Assembly: GCA_028534125.1 (NCBI GenBank)
Contig: CM052822.1
Span: 78,120,001-78,184,000, forward strand
Direction of reading: 5' to 3'
From: Lama glama
Taxonomy: Eukaryota
Length of the DNA stretch: 64,000 bases
The stretch's first letter is position 1. Every line of letters starts with the position of its first letter. The notes below the pieces were generated by a model that did not search any database, had not been told where the DNA came from, and was given only the letters and a program-made list of their open reading frames with translations. A program made the position numbers and the translations under genes. Positions 12,904 to 23,715 of this stretch are shown in pieces.

Positions 12904-13116
12904 CTGGTAGGCGCTGGGCGCATCCGGGCCCGGGCCACCCCCGAGTCCCGAGAGCTTCTCTTTCAGCCTGTGGTGAGAGCTGTGGCGCAGGCAGTAGAAG
13001 ACGCTGGACGCCAGGAGGACCCCCACGACGGCCACGATGGAGACCAGGGTGAGCACGATGAACTTGGCGGAGTCGTCCTGCTCTGCCTGATGAGGCAGGA
13101 GCCTGAGTTTGCTTCT
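12904..13116 (-). CDS. PTPRN2: Internal coding exon (transmembrane/juxtamembrane; equivalent to human exon 13) of receptor-type tyrosine-protein phosphatase N2 (IA-2beta/phogrin)
   Basis: The minus strand translates as [71 protein letters not shown] (71 codons, 213 bp). This closely matches the human PTPRN2 segment I recall ([71 protein letters not shown]). Acceptor ctcccgttccgcag|AGA with a CTCAC branch-like site about 25 nt upstream; donor TACCAG|gtaaga. Confidence 0.97.
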
Positions 13117-13599
13117 CTGCGGAACGGGAGAGGGGGCATGTGAGTACCCAGCGATTCAGGAGCTCCAGAAAACCATCCTTTGCAAACAGCAACCTAAGAA
13201 GTGAAGCTGCGCACAGCACAGCCCTGGGCGGGCACCAAAGCAGTGGCCGGAGGGCAGCCCAGACACGCAGCCCTGGGACCCGCCGCCAGAGTCCCTTCCA
13301 AGCAGCGCACCACAGACCGCCATGTTTTCAGAGGGCACGTTGAAGGCATCACTTTTCCCTCGCTTTATGGCTGCTGTTTCTCAAACTTAACAATATCCAG
13401 CACTGGGCAGCTAATTCACTGCCTTAAGGAAAACGGAGCGCTCGCCCCTTCCTCTTAGCAGGTGGGAGGGAAATAACACAGCAAGGTGCCCAGACCCAGC
13501 ATGCAAACCAGCAAGCGGGCGGGAGGGGGGGTGCTGAATGGGTGCCAGAGCCGCTGTGGCTAAAAGCAGCAGCAGAAGTGGAACGAGTCCAGCCCGGCT

Positions 13600-15900
13600 C
13601 GAGGTGTCTTGCTAATACTCTCGGTAACACTGCAGGGAGGTGCCGCCCTGGAAGGCCCTCGGCCTGCCTTCCGAGGCACGTCCCCCGGTACAGTCCGCGG
13701 ACCTGAGCCGCTCTCCACGCGGGGCTGCCCCGCAGCCCAGACCCCCGCACGTCGCACCTCTGCACTTTCCCCCTGAAAGGAGCTGCGAGACGTGGGAGCA
13801 CGATGGCCCGGGAGTTCACCTCTCGGATGCAGATGCGGATGCGGCGGGTAAGAGGTGAGGGAGCCCGTCCACCAGATTCTCAGGCTTCAGGGGGGTGGGG
13901 TGGGAAGGCCCTTTGGGCGGTTCACTAGTCTCCGTGTGCACGAAGTTGCAGAGCGCTCGCCCTCATTAGCTTGGTTATGAGGAATATTAGCAACAATTAA
14001 AAACGCCAGGGGAAGACGGAAGCGACTCCGGCCAGCACAGCCCTCCACGACCGCTGGGGGGGGGGGACGGAGGCGCGCGCCCCCGCCTCAGCCGGCGGCT
14101 ACAAGATGAGCGCAATTAGCAGACTCCCTCCGCCGCCTAATTCCGCGTGGTGACAAAATGGACTTTTCCCCATGAATGCCTGGCCGGCCTATTCATTATC
14201 TCTCTTCTATTGGTAATTTTCTGCTCCGTATTCAGCCTCCCAACTCTTCATTTCCTCCCGTCTCCGAGTGTACACAGGGCCTCTTATNNNNNNNNNNNNN
14301 NNNNNNNNNNNNNNNNNNNNNNNNNNNNNNNNNNNNNNNNNNNNNNNNNNNNNNNNNNNNNNNNNNNNNNNNNNNNNNNNNNNNNNNNNNNNNNNNNNNN
14401 NNNNNNNNNNNNNNNNNNNNNNNNNNNNNNNNNNNCGGGTGAAATGAGAAAAGACGCCGGATTTTCTTGCCTGGATGCGCGGCTCCGAGAGGACGGCAGG
14501 TTCGCCAGCGGCGGGAGGGATGAAGGAGGGGGGCGGGGGGGGCGGCGCGGAGGGAGGGGCGGGGGGAGGGGCCCGGGACGCAGCGGCTGGGTAGGGGGAG
14601 CGGGGCGCCGAGCCCCCCGGGCCGGGCCGACCCTGGGCGCGGAGGGAGCGGCGGGAGACCCTCCCCGTCCCCTCTCCCCCCTCCCCTCGCCCCTTTCTCC
14701 TCGGCCCACACAGCCGCTTCCAGAAAGAAGTCACCCCAAAGGCTGCCGGCTCCCATCCCCGCTGCCCTGCTCCCCTCGGCACCCGGTCCCCGACCGCGCC
14801 GAGAGCCAAAGCCACAGAAATAAGCACGAGGGGCCGACCGAGGCCTCGGAGACCCGCGCGGGCGGGGAGGGCGCCCGGCACCCCGCCTCCCTTCCCGGCT
14901 CCCGGGCCGTGCGGTGGTTCGCGCCCGTCCGCCCGCGGCGCGTTGAGGGCGAGCACGCCCCTCTCCACGCCCTCGGGGCCGGGCGGGGGGCTGTCCAGAC
15001 CCGCCCAGGACGCTCCCCTGTCCAGGCCGGCCGCCGCCCGGGTTCCCGTGCCGCCGGAGACCCCCATCCCCCTCAACTGTCCCCTCGGCTCCCGGAGAGA
15101 GGCCCAAATCCACACCCGGGCCCCGGAGCCGCTCCGAGCTTCGGCAGACCGAGCAGAGAGGACAACAAAGGAGGGGGCGCGGCCGACGGAGGGGGTGTCC
15201 TGTTGTCACCCCGCCCCGCCCGCCTGGCCGTCACCACATGCCCCCCCCCCCCGCCCGGGCGCGTCCCCGCGCCCCCACCTAGAGGGTCCCGCCCAGGCGT
15301 CGGGAGGACCCCGCGCGCCCACGTGGCTGACTGCGCCTGGGAACAGGGACTTCCCGAACCTTCCAGCCCGGCGACGTGAAGCGCACACGCATGCGGTGAG
15401 CAGCTTGGCTCCGAGGGAACGCAGTGTCTCGGTGTGTGGCAGACAGCTCCGTGCGCACCCGACAGGCGGCCGCACGCGCGCAGGGGACCAAGACTCGGAG
15501 CGAGGCCCCATCCGGCTGGGCGCGGGGTTCTGCCGCGCTGGGCACTCGCTGGCTCACCCGGCAAGGGACACAAACGCAGCCTGGTTGTCACTCGGTTCTA
15601 GGTGAGAGGCCGTGAACGCGCATGAGCCCCACGGAGGAGGCCGGTGGCGGTGCCTATACGTTACCCTGGCCCAGGTCTGAGGCGGCAGGAGAGACTCTGG
15701 CTGGGCGCTCACCTGAGGCCGCGCCGAAGCACTTCCCAGGGAGGCTGGATAGGTTAGGCGCAGCCGCCAGGCCGGCTGGGTCGTCGTTGCTGGAAACCGA
15801 GGGTCACTGTGACCCTCAGCCCGGGAGGGGAGCGGAACGGGGCCTGCCTGGCTGCCCCCAGCTGCGCGCTTGGAATTTACTCGAGGTCAAAGAAAAATGT
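13600..15900. promoter_or_regulatory. Intragenic CpG island adjacent to the TM exon (boundaries approximate)
   Basis: Very high GC and CpG density, GC boxes and G-runs (e.g. 14520-14600). Interrupted by an N-gap. Confidence 0.8.
14288..14435. other. Assembly gap (148 N)
   Basis: Run of N inside a CpG island. Confidence 0.99.
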
Positions 15901-18649
15901 CAAGGAGAGCTACTGCCTGAAGATCCCGGGTCCCTCCTCCCTGGGCCAGCTCTGCCTCCTGGCAGCTGCCCCGCCCCTGCTAGGTCCCAGGTGCTCCTGG
16001 AGGGAAGAGGACGGGGCCCTATGCCCACTGAATTCCATTTTCTTTGGCTTCGTCAGCACTCCACTGCCCAGCAGAGAAGGTGTGACAGTGGTCCCTAGGC
16101 TGGGTGGGAGCCGCCCAGGCTTACCTCCCGCAGCCCACCCTCAAGGAGGCCCTCCTGGAGCTAGGGGAGAGTCCAGTGAGGCTGGGGACTGTGGGCACCG
16201 GGTCACCTCGGGGCCTGAACGGCAGGGACAGTTGGAAATGGCAGGGGAAAGAAGTGGTCTGATCGGGAGGGGAGAGAAATTGGGCAGAGAGGAATGGTGA
16301 GGGCTCTGACCACTCTGACGTTGAGGTCGCAGGGTCTTAGGGCCTGGCTGGGACCCCTCCCCCTACGCTGGCCCGCGGGCAAGCTCAGTTGGAAACCGAA
16401 AAGTCACTCTTCTCTGGGCTCCCCCTTCAGTGACTCCAGCGTCCTACCTAGTGCTGGCAGGAGGGTCAAGCGAGGAGGAAAACCTGTGGGCTGCAGGTCG
16501 GGTCTCAGGAATCCGGAAGAAACGACATTCACAGATAGTCTTCTTTTGTGTGTTTTTTTTTTAAGAGAGTGAACTCCCCTCCTTGGCATAGTGATTGAGT
16601 GTAAATAACTACGATTATTTTATGTTTCTATTTCATGGAGTTAAAAAAAATTACCTGAATACCCCTGCTAACCAGAAGCTTTAGAAGAAAGAAGTGTCTG
16701 CTTTTGCTTGAAAGCTAGTCATCCGCCGCCTTGCCCAGGAGTGACCGGGGGCGCCTGCTCCCCAAGGCTGGGGGCAGGAACTACAGGTGCTTTCCTGAGG
16801 TCTCGTTCTGGGGCTGAGCCCTGCAGAGAGCCCTTGACTAATCAGAGGCATCCTGTCAGTCTTGACTGGAAATTGAAAGAAAATAATGTTTAAATATTTA
16901 TGACTTTGACATTTACAGTCAGGCGTCTTTCAAAAGCGGAACGCCTCCTCTGTACAGCGGTGGCTCGCCTCACGGAAAGTTTGGAGCAGGGGAGGAGTGA
17001 GGGGGAAGACCGAGGAGGCAGCAGCGACTCTGAGCAGCCTGGTCACAGAGGAGCTCAGGGTGTCTGTGCACCCCAGGATGCAGGAGGCTCACATACAAGC
17101 ACTTAATGCTGACTTGCAGGAAAAGTGTGATTTCAAAAATGATTAGGAATAGTTAAGTCAACTTTATATCAGATTAGATGTATCTTGAGAGTAAAGTACA
17201 ATATTGCATATTTCTTCCACTCAACCACCTCCACCTGCAGCTTCTTGAATTTATAATATAATGTATTGCAGAAGCTGTGATTGGAAATACTCGTGTGACC
17301 ACAGAGACAATCAGTGGAATTGCTCATAGAATCTAGGCATTGCCCTGACCTATTTAAACTACTTTGATTTGTACTTATATGTGAAGGTGCTTGAGGCTTC
17401 CTCTACATTATCTTCTGAGCCATTTATGGCAAAATATCTTCAAAAAATTTTTTTAAACGGTCCATGTGGTAAGCTTAAAATAAAAGAAGAAAGAAGAAAA
17501 AAAGAACATTCTATACCCAAACTTGTCTGTGAGAACGGAGGCAGCCACACAGATACAAAACTTTATGGTAAAAATATCTGTTGACAGGTAGGAAAATTTA
17601 GTATTTTCCCAGGGCTGTGCAGTGAAACCAATTAGCAAGAGCAATGCGTCATCTAAGTCACTGACTTCAATTTAAAATACACTTGTACCAAAAACCTATA
17701 GGCACAGGCATGCACCTTCACTGATATTAAACTTCCAAGATCAGTGTTTTCACTTGTATCATTTCTAATGAATGTGATTTGCAAACCAAGGCTCAGCCTG
17801 TGTTCCTCTGCACTTCTATGTTAGTATAATTATAAAGCCCTCTTTCCCTGTAAAATTCAGAAATTAATTTTAGAGACTACTAGTGAGTTGCTAAAACAAA
17901 TCTGTCTTTGGTTTTCCAGATAAATCATCTTGGAATCACTTGGAAATTTCATGCTAAGTTTACTAAAATATATTTACTAAAACGTAGTTAACTATCACTG
18001 TAAAGCTGATCAAAAATATTAACAGCTTTGGGGCCATAGGAATGATCAGACTTTAAAAATATGAAGGGGGGGTCTTAAAATATTTTAAAAGTATTTTTTA
18101 AAGCTGTTAACTGGACTATTTTTAATTTGGAACTCGCCACAGAATTCTAATAAATGAGAGAAGTCAGGCGGAAATAATCATGTATTAATTCTCTGCATTA
18201 CAAAATCTTTTCAGAAGCTATTATCAGAGCAAGAGGCATTGCAGTCTGAATTCAGGGTGGGAGAAATCCTTTGTGCGACTGAAGGCTATTGTTCGTCTGT
18301 GCAGATGAAATTGTACTTGCAAATCTGCCATTCAAGTAGCCAAAAAAAAAAAGCCTATATGAGCAAAAGAAAGCAATCTCCAAGAAATAATTATTCTTAA
18401 ATATAAACTTTAATGAAGATAAGTGGGGATATGGTGTTTTAAAAGAGGTTATTTGTGAAGCCTTTTCCTGGCATAGGCATAAAAGTAGGTGCACAAAAGG
18501 TTATACACTGTTTGCATCTTTAAGCACTCCTAGAACATCACTTTTGGGGAAATACTCTGTTTTAAGGTATCAGGGAAGATTTACGATATTTATGTTTAAA
18601 GTGGGAAAGGCACCCCCGTGTGCACTAATTTTCAGCAGAGCCTGATAAA

Positions 18650-19450
18650 CAGAAAATCGTCTCCGGGAGGAGAGTGAGCGACTCTGAGAACACAGCGAAG
18701 TGGCTCGCCCCCAGCAGAAAGCCGGCTCCAGCCATCTTTCAGACTCACTGCCGGCATTTTTATGGCTCCCAAACTCAAACTCGGCCAATAAACTTGAAGC
18801 GCCGCTCCGGGCCCGCGCGGCTGGTGCACGTCCGCCCCGAGGCCGCCAGGACCCCGGCGCGCGCCCCCAGGGCCAGCGCGGCCTGAGTAGCCAGTGCTCT
18901 GGAGGGAGTTTCCCCTCCGTAGGAACCAGGCCCTTCTCAGGACTGGGGTCTGGCTCGCTCTCCTTCACGGAAGCTCAGAAGGCGCATCCTAAAGGCTCGT
19001 CCAGCGGCGCGGGTCAGGACCCCGCGGCGGCGCCACTGGGACCGTGGGTCGGGGCGCACGACCGTTTTCGGCCCCTCCCCGCCCTGCAGGCCCGGGCTTT
19101 TCTCCCAGCTCCTGCCCAGTCCCCCCCCCCCTTTCTTATTTACAAGATCCGCACGGAGGTCGGAAAGATCAGACCGCAGCGCCGGACACAAAGGGTCGAG
19201 GTTTCCTGGGAGCCGCCGGCATTCACAGCACTGAGGGGGTCCCCAAGCAGCCCCAGCCCGCTTCCCGCAGGGACAATGCCTCGTCCCAGTCTCCCCCGCC
19301 ATAAAGCGCGCTGGCCGCGGGGCACGGATCGAGGTCCCCAACGACGCCGTCGAGCACCCCAGGATCCGGGGAGCTGCTCAGGCCCCCTGCCTCACCTCGT
19401 CACCCCTCTCGGTAGCCAAGTGGGGTGTACTTGGCTGCGTGGGGGCCCTT
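18650..19450. promoter_or_regulatory. CpG island segment (boundaries approximate)
   Basis: Abrupt switch from AT-rich DNA (16.5-18.6 kb) to CpG-dense sequence such as gcgccgctccgggcccgcgcgg. Confidence 0.65.
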
Positions 19451-21348
19451 CCTCCCGAGTTGGCAAAAAGAAATGAGCGTCTGTCTCCCGCCTGCATGCA
19501 CACCTTCACCTCCCCGCACTTTTGCTCTTGCCTACATTCAGAGAAGGCCGCCTTGGCGAAGGCCACTTGGGCCCGCTGCACCCTTGACGCAGGCGGGGAG
19601 GCTCCTCAGTGCCGACCAGGGGCCACTGTCTGCGGACTTAGCTGGGCAAATGAACCCCAGAGCCCGAAGATGCGCTGGAGCAGAGGTCGGCCTGGGACGC
19701 AGGGAGGTGGGCAGGAGCAGGGCCATGCGCGGTGCTTCTGGCCACCCTCTGGCTGTGCGTTTAGGGGTGCAGTGGGCACTGGCGACTGTGACACAACCCC
19801 CCCCCCCAGCCGTCCAGCTGGGAGCGCAGCGAGCTCTAGCACTGATGACACAAAAGGGCGGGAGTCTCTCTCCAGCTCTAAAAGGCCTGTTCTGCTGAGA
19901 TTTCAACCCCTAACTTGGGGTCTGCCCGACTGTCCCCAACGAGGCCTCTCAAAATCCTCCAAGCAGGTCACAGTTCAAAACCATATAGACAATTAATGAA
20001 GGAAGGAAAGAAGTCCCACCTTCAAACAGCTCTGCAGCAGAAGTTTCTCTGGCGAACACGCGGCTGCCTCACCTGGGGGAGTGGGGGGGGTTGGCGGCGG
20101 CGCTGAGAAAGCGCAGGTTCCCTTTGGGGGAGGGGAGGTGGCCACTGCGAGGCGTTTCTCCTGCAGGCTGGGGGGTGGGGGTCAGAGGACCCTGCACTCT
20201 CACACACAGCCCCCCCCTGCCTCTCACACTGTCCTCCCTGGTGCCCATCCAGTGTCCTCTAACTGGGACACCCTGACAGTAGCGAGGCATGCTCCCGGAT
20301 CAGAGTGAGGTGGGCGAAGAGAGCCCTAAAACGGGCTGGGAGGAAAATGGCCCCAAGATGGGTTCTCTCCACCCTTGCTGGTCATCCTGTCCTTCATCTT
20401 CTCCCACAACCCTCCCCATCTGTGCCCTCACCCCCCCCCGCCCCCTCTCTCTTGACAGTCTGAACTGCCCGGAGTGGCTGGCGATGCGACAGGCTCAGGG
20501 CGAAGTCCGAGAGGCAGCGGCCCCAGCCTCGCCACAGCAGTCTCCGCGGGGCGCTAGGGGGTGGGACAATTGCTACCCCCTCTCAATCTTTGCGCCCAGG
20601 AAGAGCTGCCACCAATCGGGTCACTTGGGGATGTCCACCCCTGGCCTACTTGGGGGATGACCTCCTACGCAGACCTCCCCAGCCATACAGAGCCTTTGAC
20701 AGGCATCCTGCTGCGAGCCAGAGTTAGCCCCTGGACTGGGCTCTCCGACGCCCTGGTCGCCCATCCGAGTTCCCCCAGGCGTACCCTCCGCCCTTCCCAG
20801 GCTCCAGTTCCGCGCCCCATCGCCTACATGCGCTGGTTGATGCCCTCAGTGGGTCGGTCCCTCTTGATCCCTCCCGCCCCCAACCCAGCCCGTGTCCATT
20901 CTCCTACAACCCCACCAGTGCCCACGACCCCGGCCGGCGCCCCTGGTTACCTGCAGCGGGGCGAGCGCCGGGCACCCAAGCCGGAGGAGAGGGGGACGTG
21001 TGAGGGGCGGAGCGGCCTCGGGGCTCGGCGGCCGCGGGCAGCAGCGGCGCCATCACCACCGCCAGCCGTTCCCCTGCGCCGGAGCCACAGACGAGCGGGG
21101 CCATCCTGCTTCTGACCACAAACTTCTCGGGCAGCCGGCGGAGACAAAGGTGCCGCGCGCCGCGCGCCGCGGCTCCACTGGCCGTGGCGGCGGCGGCACC
21201 ATCTCCGAGCCCGCGGGAGCCGGCAGCTCTGTTCTGCCGCTCGGCAGGGCTCTGTGCGCTCCGCCCGGGCCCGGCCTGGGGCAAGGCGCTCGGGTCAGGG
21301 CGCGGCGAGGACGGGCGCGGGACGGTCCCCGCAGGGCCACCGGCCGCG

Positions 21349-21555
21349 NNNNNNNNNNNNNNNNNNNNNNNNNNNNNNNNNNNNNNNNNNNNNNNNNNNN
21401 NNNNNNNNNNNNNNNNNNNNNNNNNNNNNNNNNNNNNNNNNNNNNNNNNNNNNNNNNNNNNNNNNNNNNNNNNNNNNNNNNNNNNNNNNNNNNNNNNNNN
21501 NNNNNNNNNNNNNNNNNNNNNNNNNNNNNNNNNNNNNNNNNNNNNNNNNNNNNNN
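21349..21555. other. Assembly gap (207 N)
   Basis: Run of N inside a CpG island. Confidence 0.99.
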
Positions 21556-23654
21556 CAGTCATTCGTACAGCGCGGCAGCCCGGGCCTTCGCCTTTTCTTT
21601 CTTTTCAGCCTTTCTCCCTTTCATCGTTCGAATCGCCTTCATCCTGGGCAAGTTCAGGGTAGCGCTCGGGGGAGAGGGGACTCGGCAAGAAGCGTCAACC
21701 CTCGCGGCCCGACTGCGACCTCTGCTTCGGGAGCGGTGGGGGCGTCGAAACTCCTGCAAGAGAAAACCTCAGGAAGAAGCCGTCTTCCGAGTTGGCTTGA
21801 ACACTTTTGCCCCGGGGCCCTTTGCTCGCTTTCCAGATTGAAGCAAGGCAGTTACGCCGGCAAACCAGCGACTAGGTGCCCCTCAACCCTCACCTTGACA
21901 TGAATCCCGATCGAGTATTTAGGTCTCGAATGCGCGTACAAAGCGCCTTGCCGGGCGCGGGAACTAGTGAGAACTTGGCCACCGTTCGGTCCAGGCGAAC
22001 TGGCGGCCGCCAGCCCAAAGCTGACTGAGGCGGCGGGGAAAAGGAGGAAATCGAGCTCTGTCCGGTCTTCACAGGTCCAAGGCCTTGCCGGCAGGTGGAG
22101 CGGAGCGGGGTCACAGGGCCGCGCTCCCAGGCGCTCGCGCCTCCCGAAGCTCCCTGACCTCAAGCGCGGGCCCAGGGCGCGAGTCAGAGTCTGGTCCGCG
22201 ACGCGACAGGCCGAGCTGGGGCCTGGGGGGCGGGCGGTGGGGCGAGCGGGCCGTAGGGCTCAGTGATTGGCCTCCCGCCGGCTCCCCGCCGCCCCGTCGC
22301 GCTCCCCCGGCCCTTTCTCCCACACTCTCCCTCCCCACACTCTGGACCCCTGCTCGCAGCCACAGGTTGGGGCACCCCCGGTGCGCGGCGCCCCCCGCGG
22401 AGCAGCCGAGAGCGGAGAGCAGAAACCCAACATCTGTGTGTACAATGCTCTCTCCGCGGCCCACAGCTGCAGGAACAAGGGGAAGAAAGAAAGGAGTGGG
22501 GGAGCGATCTTGTCACATGCAGATGACAGTCTGCGGAGGGCTCTTTAGTTTCTCCTTTTCTGGAAACCCTGACGCCCTCCTCCCGGTCCCCCTCTCCCAC
22601 CGCCTCCCCATTGTTCCTGCGCTCGGGACAGCTGGAGACGGCGGCCCTCGCCTAGCAAGGCGGCCCCTCCTAACCCGACGCCCCTCCCGCCCACACCCGG
22701 CGGCCCCTGCGCCCGCTCCGGCCCCTGCTGGGCAAGCTCGGCCCCCGCCCCCACCTCGGGCAGCCCCGCCGCCTAGCTTGCGCCGCTCCCCCGCCCTCCC
22801 TTCCCGCAGGCGCTGCCCCCAGGCCTGCCCTGCGCCGAGGGCCTCGCCGTCGCGCGTCTCTCCGGGAAACAGAGGTGCACAGCCCCCTGGGCCAGGGCTC
22901 AGGGGAAGGGGTCGCCAACAGACGTCGTCGAGCGCCTGTCTAAAAGCGTCCAAAGGACTCCCTTTCTCGGATCGAAGGCCTAAGCGAGATTTACTTTTAT
23001 TTGGTATTTATAGGGGCCAGGAGTTGAGCGCTTCAGAGCCCAGGCCCGGTAGGCCTGAGTGGGCCGGAGCTCGCCTGGGGCAGAAGGCTTCCATGCCGCC
23101 TCGCCAGGCTTCGAGAAGCGTCCCGGGGAGACCAAATGGGAGCTGCGGCTCCTCTCGGGTTGTCCACCGTGGGGCACCTAGCCCCCATACAGTGGGCAGG
23201 ACAGGCGAGGGGAGCCACCCCGGCTCTCACGTCCTCCCGCCGGGGCAGGGCCTGCGGATCCCAGCCCTCTGTCCACCTGTCCGGCCTCCCTGAGAGCTGT
23301 CCGATCCCCCACTCCCAGAGCCCACGCCCCGCGCTGCGCCAGGGGCGGCCATCTAGGGCCAAAGATCCGACTGGCTGAGGTTTATGTCCCTCCCTGCAGC
23401 CCTCCACGGGGCTCGGGTCGGCCCTCGCTCCCGGGGCCTGGGCGTACCTCTCCAGCCTCCTGGGCGAACCCTGTCCTGACCCTAGAGGGGTGGAGAGAAC
23501 GGGGGTGCGCGGAGGAGGCGGGAGGGAACCTGGGGAGTCCTGGTGGGGCGAGGGAGTAGAATGGGGGAGAGAGGGCTGGGAGGGAAGAGAGGCTTCGGGA
23601 GGGGACCTGCCGCCCTCAGCCTGGCTGGGAACCCGCCTCTCCATAGCAACGGCC

Positions 23655-23715
23655 TGTGTGCGCGCGCGCGTGTGTGTGTGCGCGCGCGCGCGCGCGCGAG
23701 CGCGCGCGAGCGCGT
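23655..23715. repeat. Compound (TG)n/(CG)n alternating purine-pyrimidine microsatellite
   Basis: tgtgtgcgcgcgcgcgtgtgtgtgtgcgcgcgcgcgcgcgcgcgagcgcgcgcgagcgcgt. Confidence 0.95.

Noticed and set aside
14147-15379. 410-aa and overlapping long ORFs on both strands
   Set aside because: They span an N-gap, are low-complexity Gly/Pro/Arg/Ala sequence, and are open in several frames at once. This is CpG-island stop-codon depletion.
21852-22163. T-box-like (HVKVRVEG) or homeodomain-like (AKFSLV...RAFE) words
   Set aside because: Spacing does not fit either domain and the matches are too short.
22085-23293. 402-aa ORF
   Set aside because: Pro/Arg-rich, no recognisable domain, no ATG start, and it lies in a CpG island.
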